DNA of 54,258 nucleotides from a virus (Duplodnaviria; Caudoviricetes): IMG/VR virus record IMGVR_UViG_3300012000_000021, positions 1 to 54,258 of that record; one strand, 5' to 3'. Shown piece by piece: positions 52,813 to 54,258 of this stretch (position 1 is its first letter; each line of letters starts with the position of its first letter). The notes under the pieces were generated by a model. It saw only the letters and a program-made list of their open reading frames with translations, ran no database searches and was not told where the DNA came from. The position numbers and the translations under genes were made by a program.

Positions 52813-54258
52813 TTAATCTTCTATTGCTTCAGAGATAATCTTAGTGACAGTCTCTTCACGGATTGGATTAGGGAACTCTTTGAGTGCCTGAGCGCGATCT
52901 CCAAAGATTGCAGAGAGCACTCCACCAGAAGATTGACGGCTTGCAGTGATCTGAATGAACTCCTTGTTCTGATCCATCTCATTGACATTGCCCACTAATT
53001 TTAGAAGACGATCGATCTCTTGGGACAGATTTGGATCTGCGTATCCACCATTCATTTCCTCTGCAAATCGCATAAAAGCAACTCTCTGCCCCTGCATTTC
53101 GATAATTGCAGTCAGTAGTGACTTGAGTTGATCTTTAGTCTTTACCTCTACTGGAAGATTAAATGCACATGTATTTTGCGGTTTGAACGCTGGGCAGTTA
53201 GATGCAACAAAGCATGTATCGCATTGGCGAAGGGAGGTCTGCTGTGTTTGAACAACAGGAACATCCATGAGAATGTCTTTGCCATCATCATCAGTTTCGA
53301 CTATTGTCTTCATTTTGAATCCAAAGACAGGCAAGTTTGTCATCTCTTCAGGGGCTCTTTCTACTGATCCACTACGCTCCACTTTCCTCCCTTCTGCTCC
53401 ACTGTTATCAGAAGCGGACAGATCTAATCCCATCAACCCCGTCATGAACTCATCGCTATTATCAGATAAGTTAGTGTCTTTACCACCATCAATGATGTGG
53501 AAGTTGGGGGTCTTCTTGTCCATGGATTCCTCTAGTTTCTTGTATGACCAGACAGCAACTCTAGTTGCTTCAAGGGTACTATCTTTAACAAACTCTGAAT
53601 AGTCTAGCCCAGCCTTCTCCACAATGTTCTTGTAGCGAGGTCGTGCCTGATCCTTCATCTTCTTCGGGTAACGCACCAAGCGTGCCCCATCCCAGATGAT
53701 CGTCTCACCTCTACGCATGGGCGATAGCCATGACAATGTGCTGGCTGTGACAAATGGTATGGATCTTAGGTTGTCTGGTTTGGCACATCCGAGGGCGTGG
53801 TAGTTGACTTTGAACTGGTTGGAGTAAGTCCTTGTTACGGCGGCCAAGTTAGTTACTGATTCGATCTCGTCATGAGGTATAGCCACATTGTGGAACTTTT
53901 TTGACATCTCTGCCAACTTACTCTGTCCATACTCTTCATGCCAGATGACCCATAGTTTAGGGTCGTTACTGAAGAAGGGACGCTGCGCTTCTATCCATTC
54001 AAGGCCGAGTATTTGTGAGTCAAACTCAAGGAATCCTTCAGCACGATCTGCATTGTTTACAAGAAACTCCTGGTAGTCAGCGGCCAAGTCAATTAGTTCC
54101 TCACGAGATAGCCCAGCCTTGTCAGCCTGTGACGCCCCTGATTCGATGTAGACCTTGGTCTCTGGATCAAAGTGCTCGCTTATAAGCCAGATCTTAGTCT
54201 TTGGAAGACCACGCTTGCGAAGACCCCAAAAGTTGAGTCCCATCGACTCAACCTTCAT
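52813..54258 (-). CDS. divergent tRNA-guanine transglycosylase (TGT/DpdA)-like barrel fused to a Cys cluster and a helical domain (5' end truncated by the window)
   Basis: YIESGA, EFD, VIWH, HALG and PFVTASTLSW..RG line up with the TGT-like motifs DSGA/LD/PV.H/H.LG/PF.S.DS.SW; CDTC...CPAF...C. Confidence 0.5.
   Translation of the reverse strand: MKVESMGLNFWGLRKRGLPKTKIWLISEHFDPETKVYIESGASQADKAGLSREELIDLAADYQEFLVNNADRAEGFLEFDSQILGLEWIEAQRPFFSNDPKLWVIWHEEYGQSKLAEMSKKFHNVAIPHDEIESVTNLAAVTRTYSNQFKVNYHALGCAKPDNLRSIPFVTASTLSWLSPMRRGETIIWDGARLVRYPKKMKDQARPRYKNIVEKAGLDYSEFVKDSTLEATRVAVWSYKKLEESMDKKTPNFHIIDGGKDTNLSDNSDEFMTGLMGLDLSASDNSGAEGRKVERSGSVERAPEEMTNLPVFGFKMKTIVETDDDGKDILMDVPVVQTQQTSLRQCDTCFVASNCPAFKPQNTCAFNLPVEVKTKDQLKSLLTAIIEMQGQRVAFMRFAEEMNGGYADPNLSQEIDRLLKLVGNVNEMDQNKEFIQITASRQSSGGVLSAIFGDRAQALKEFPNPIREETVTKIISEAIED

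Overview
A 54-kb piece of a tailed dsDNA phage genome. The host is almost certainly actinobacterial and probably aquatic, based on WhiB, an FmdB zinc ribbon, leaderless promoters, a CHAP endolysin and an SLT transglycosylase. There are three blocks. (1) 1-36.2 kb, mostly minus strand, is the late region: FN3/beta-propeller fibres, an inverted glyco-modification cassette, collagen-like fibres, major capsid, scaffold, portal, terminase, membrane and lysis genes, then a cluster of small GNAT and ADP-ribosyltransferase-like genes. (2) 36.2-39.0 kb is a divergent, mostly non-coding hinge with two endonuclease genes, a short-motif array, a perfect CRP-family box and a ~670-nt highly structured AT-rich region. 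(3) 39.0-50.6 kb is a plus-strand early region (MoxR/VWA, HNH, WhiB, Xis-like HTH, tyrosine recombinase, transglycosylase) that converges on minus-strand nrdJ and a degenerate TGT-like gene. The best leads are: (a) a candidate large ornate ncRNA at 38367-39045 and a second two-domain RNA at 45929-46186; (b) an NL[S/N]xxQF peptide near the N-terminus of at least 7 mostly unrelated small late proteins, many of them protein-modifying enzymes, which suggests a capsid-loading tag for an injected effector set; (c) a GATC-rich, GGCC/CCWGG-free early region; (d) a 12-bp DNA motif repeated through three genes in all three reading frames. All calls come from reading the sequence by eye. No database searches or folding programs were run.
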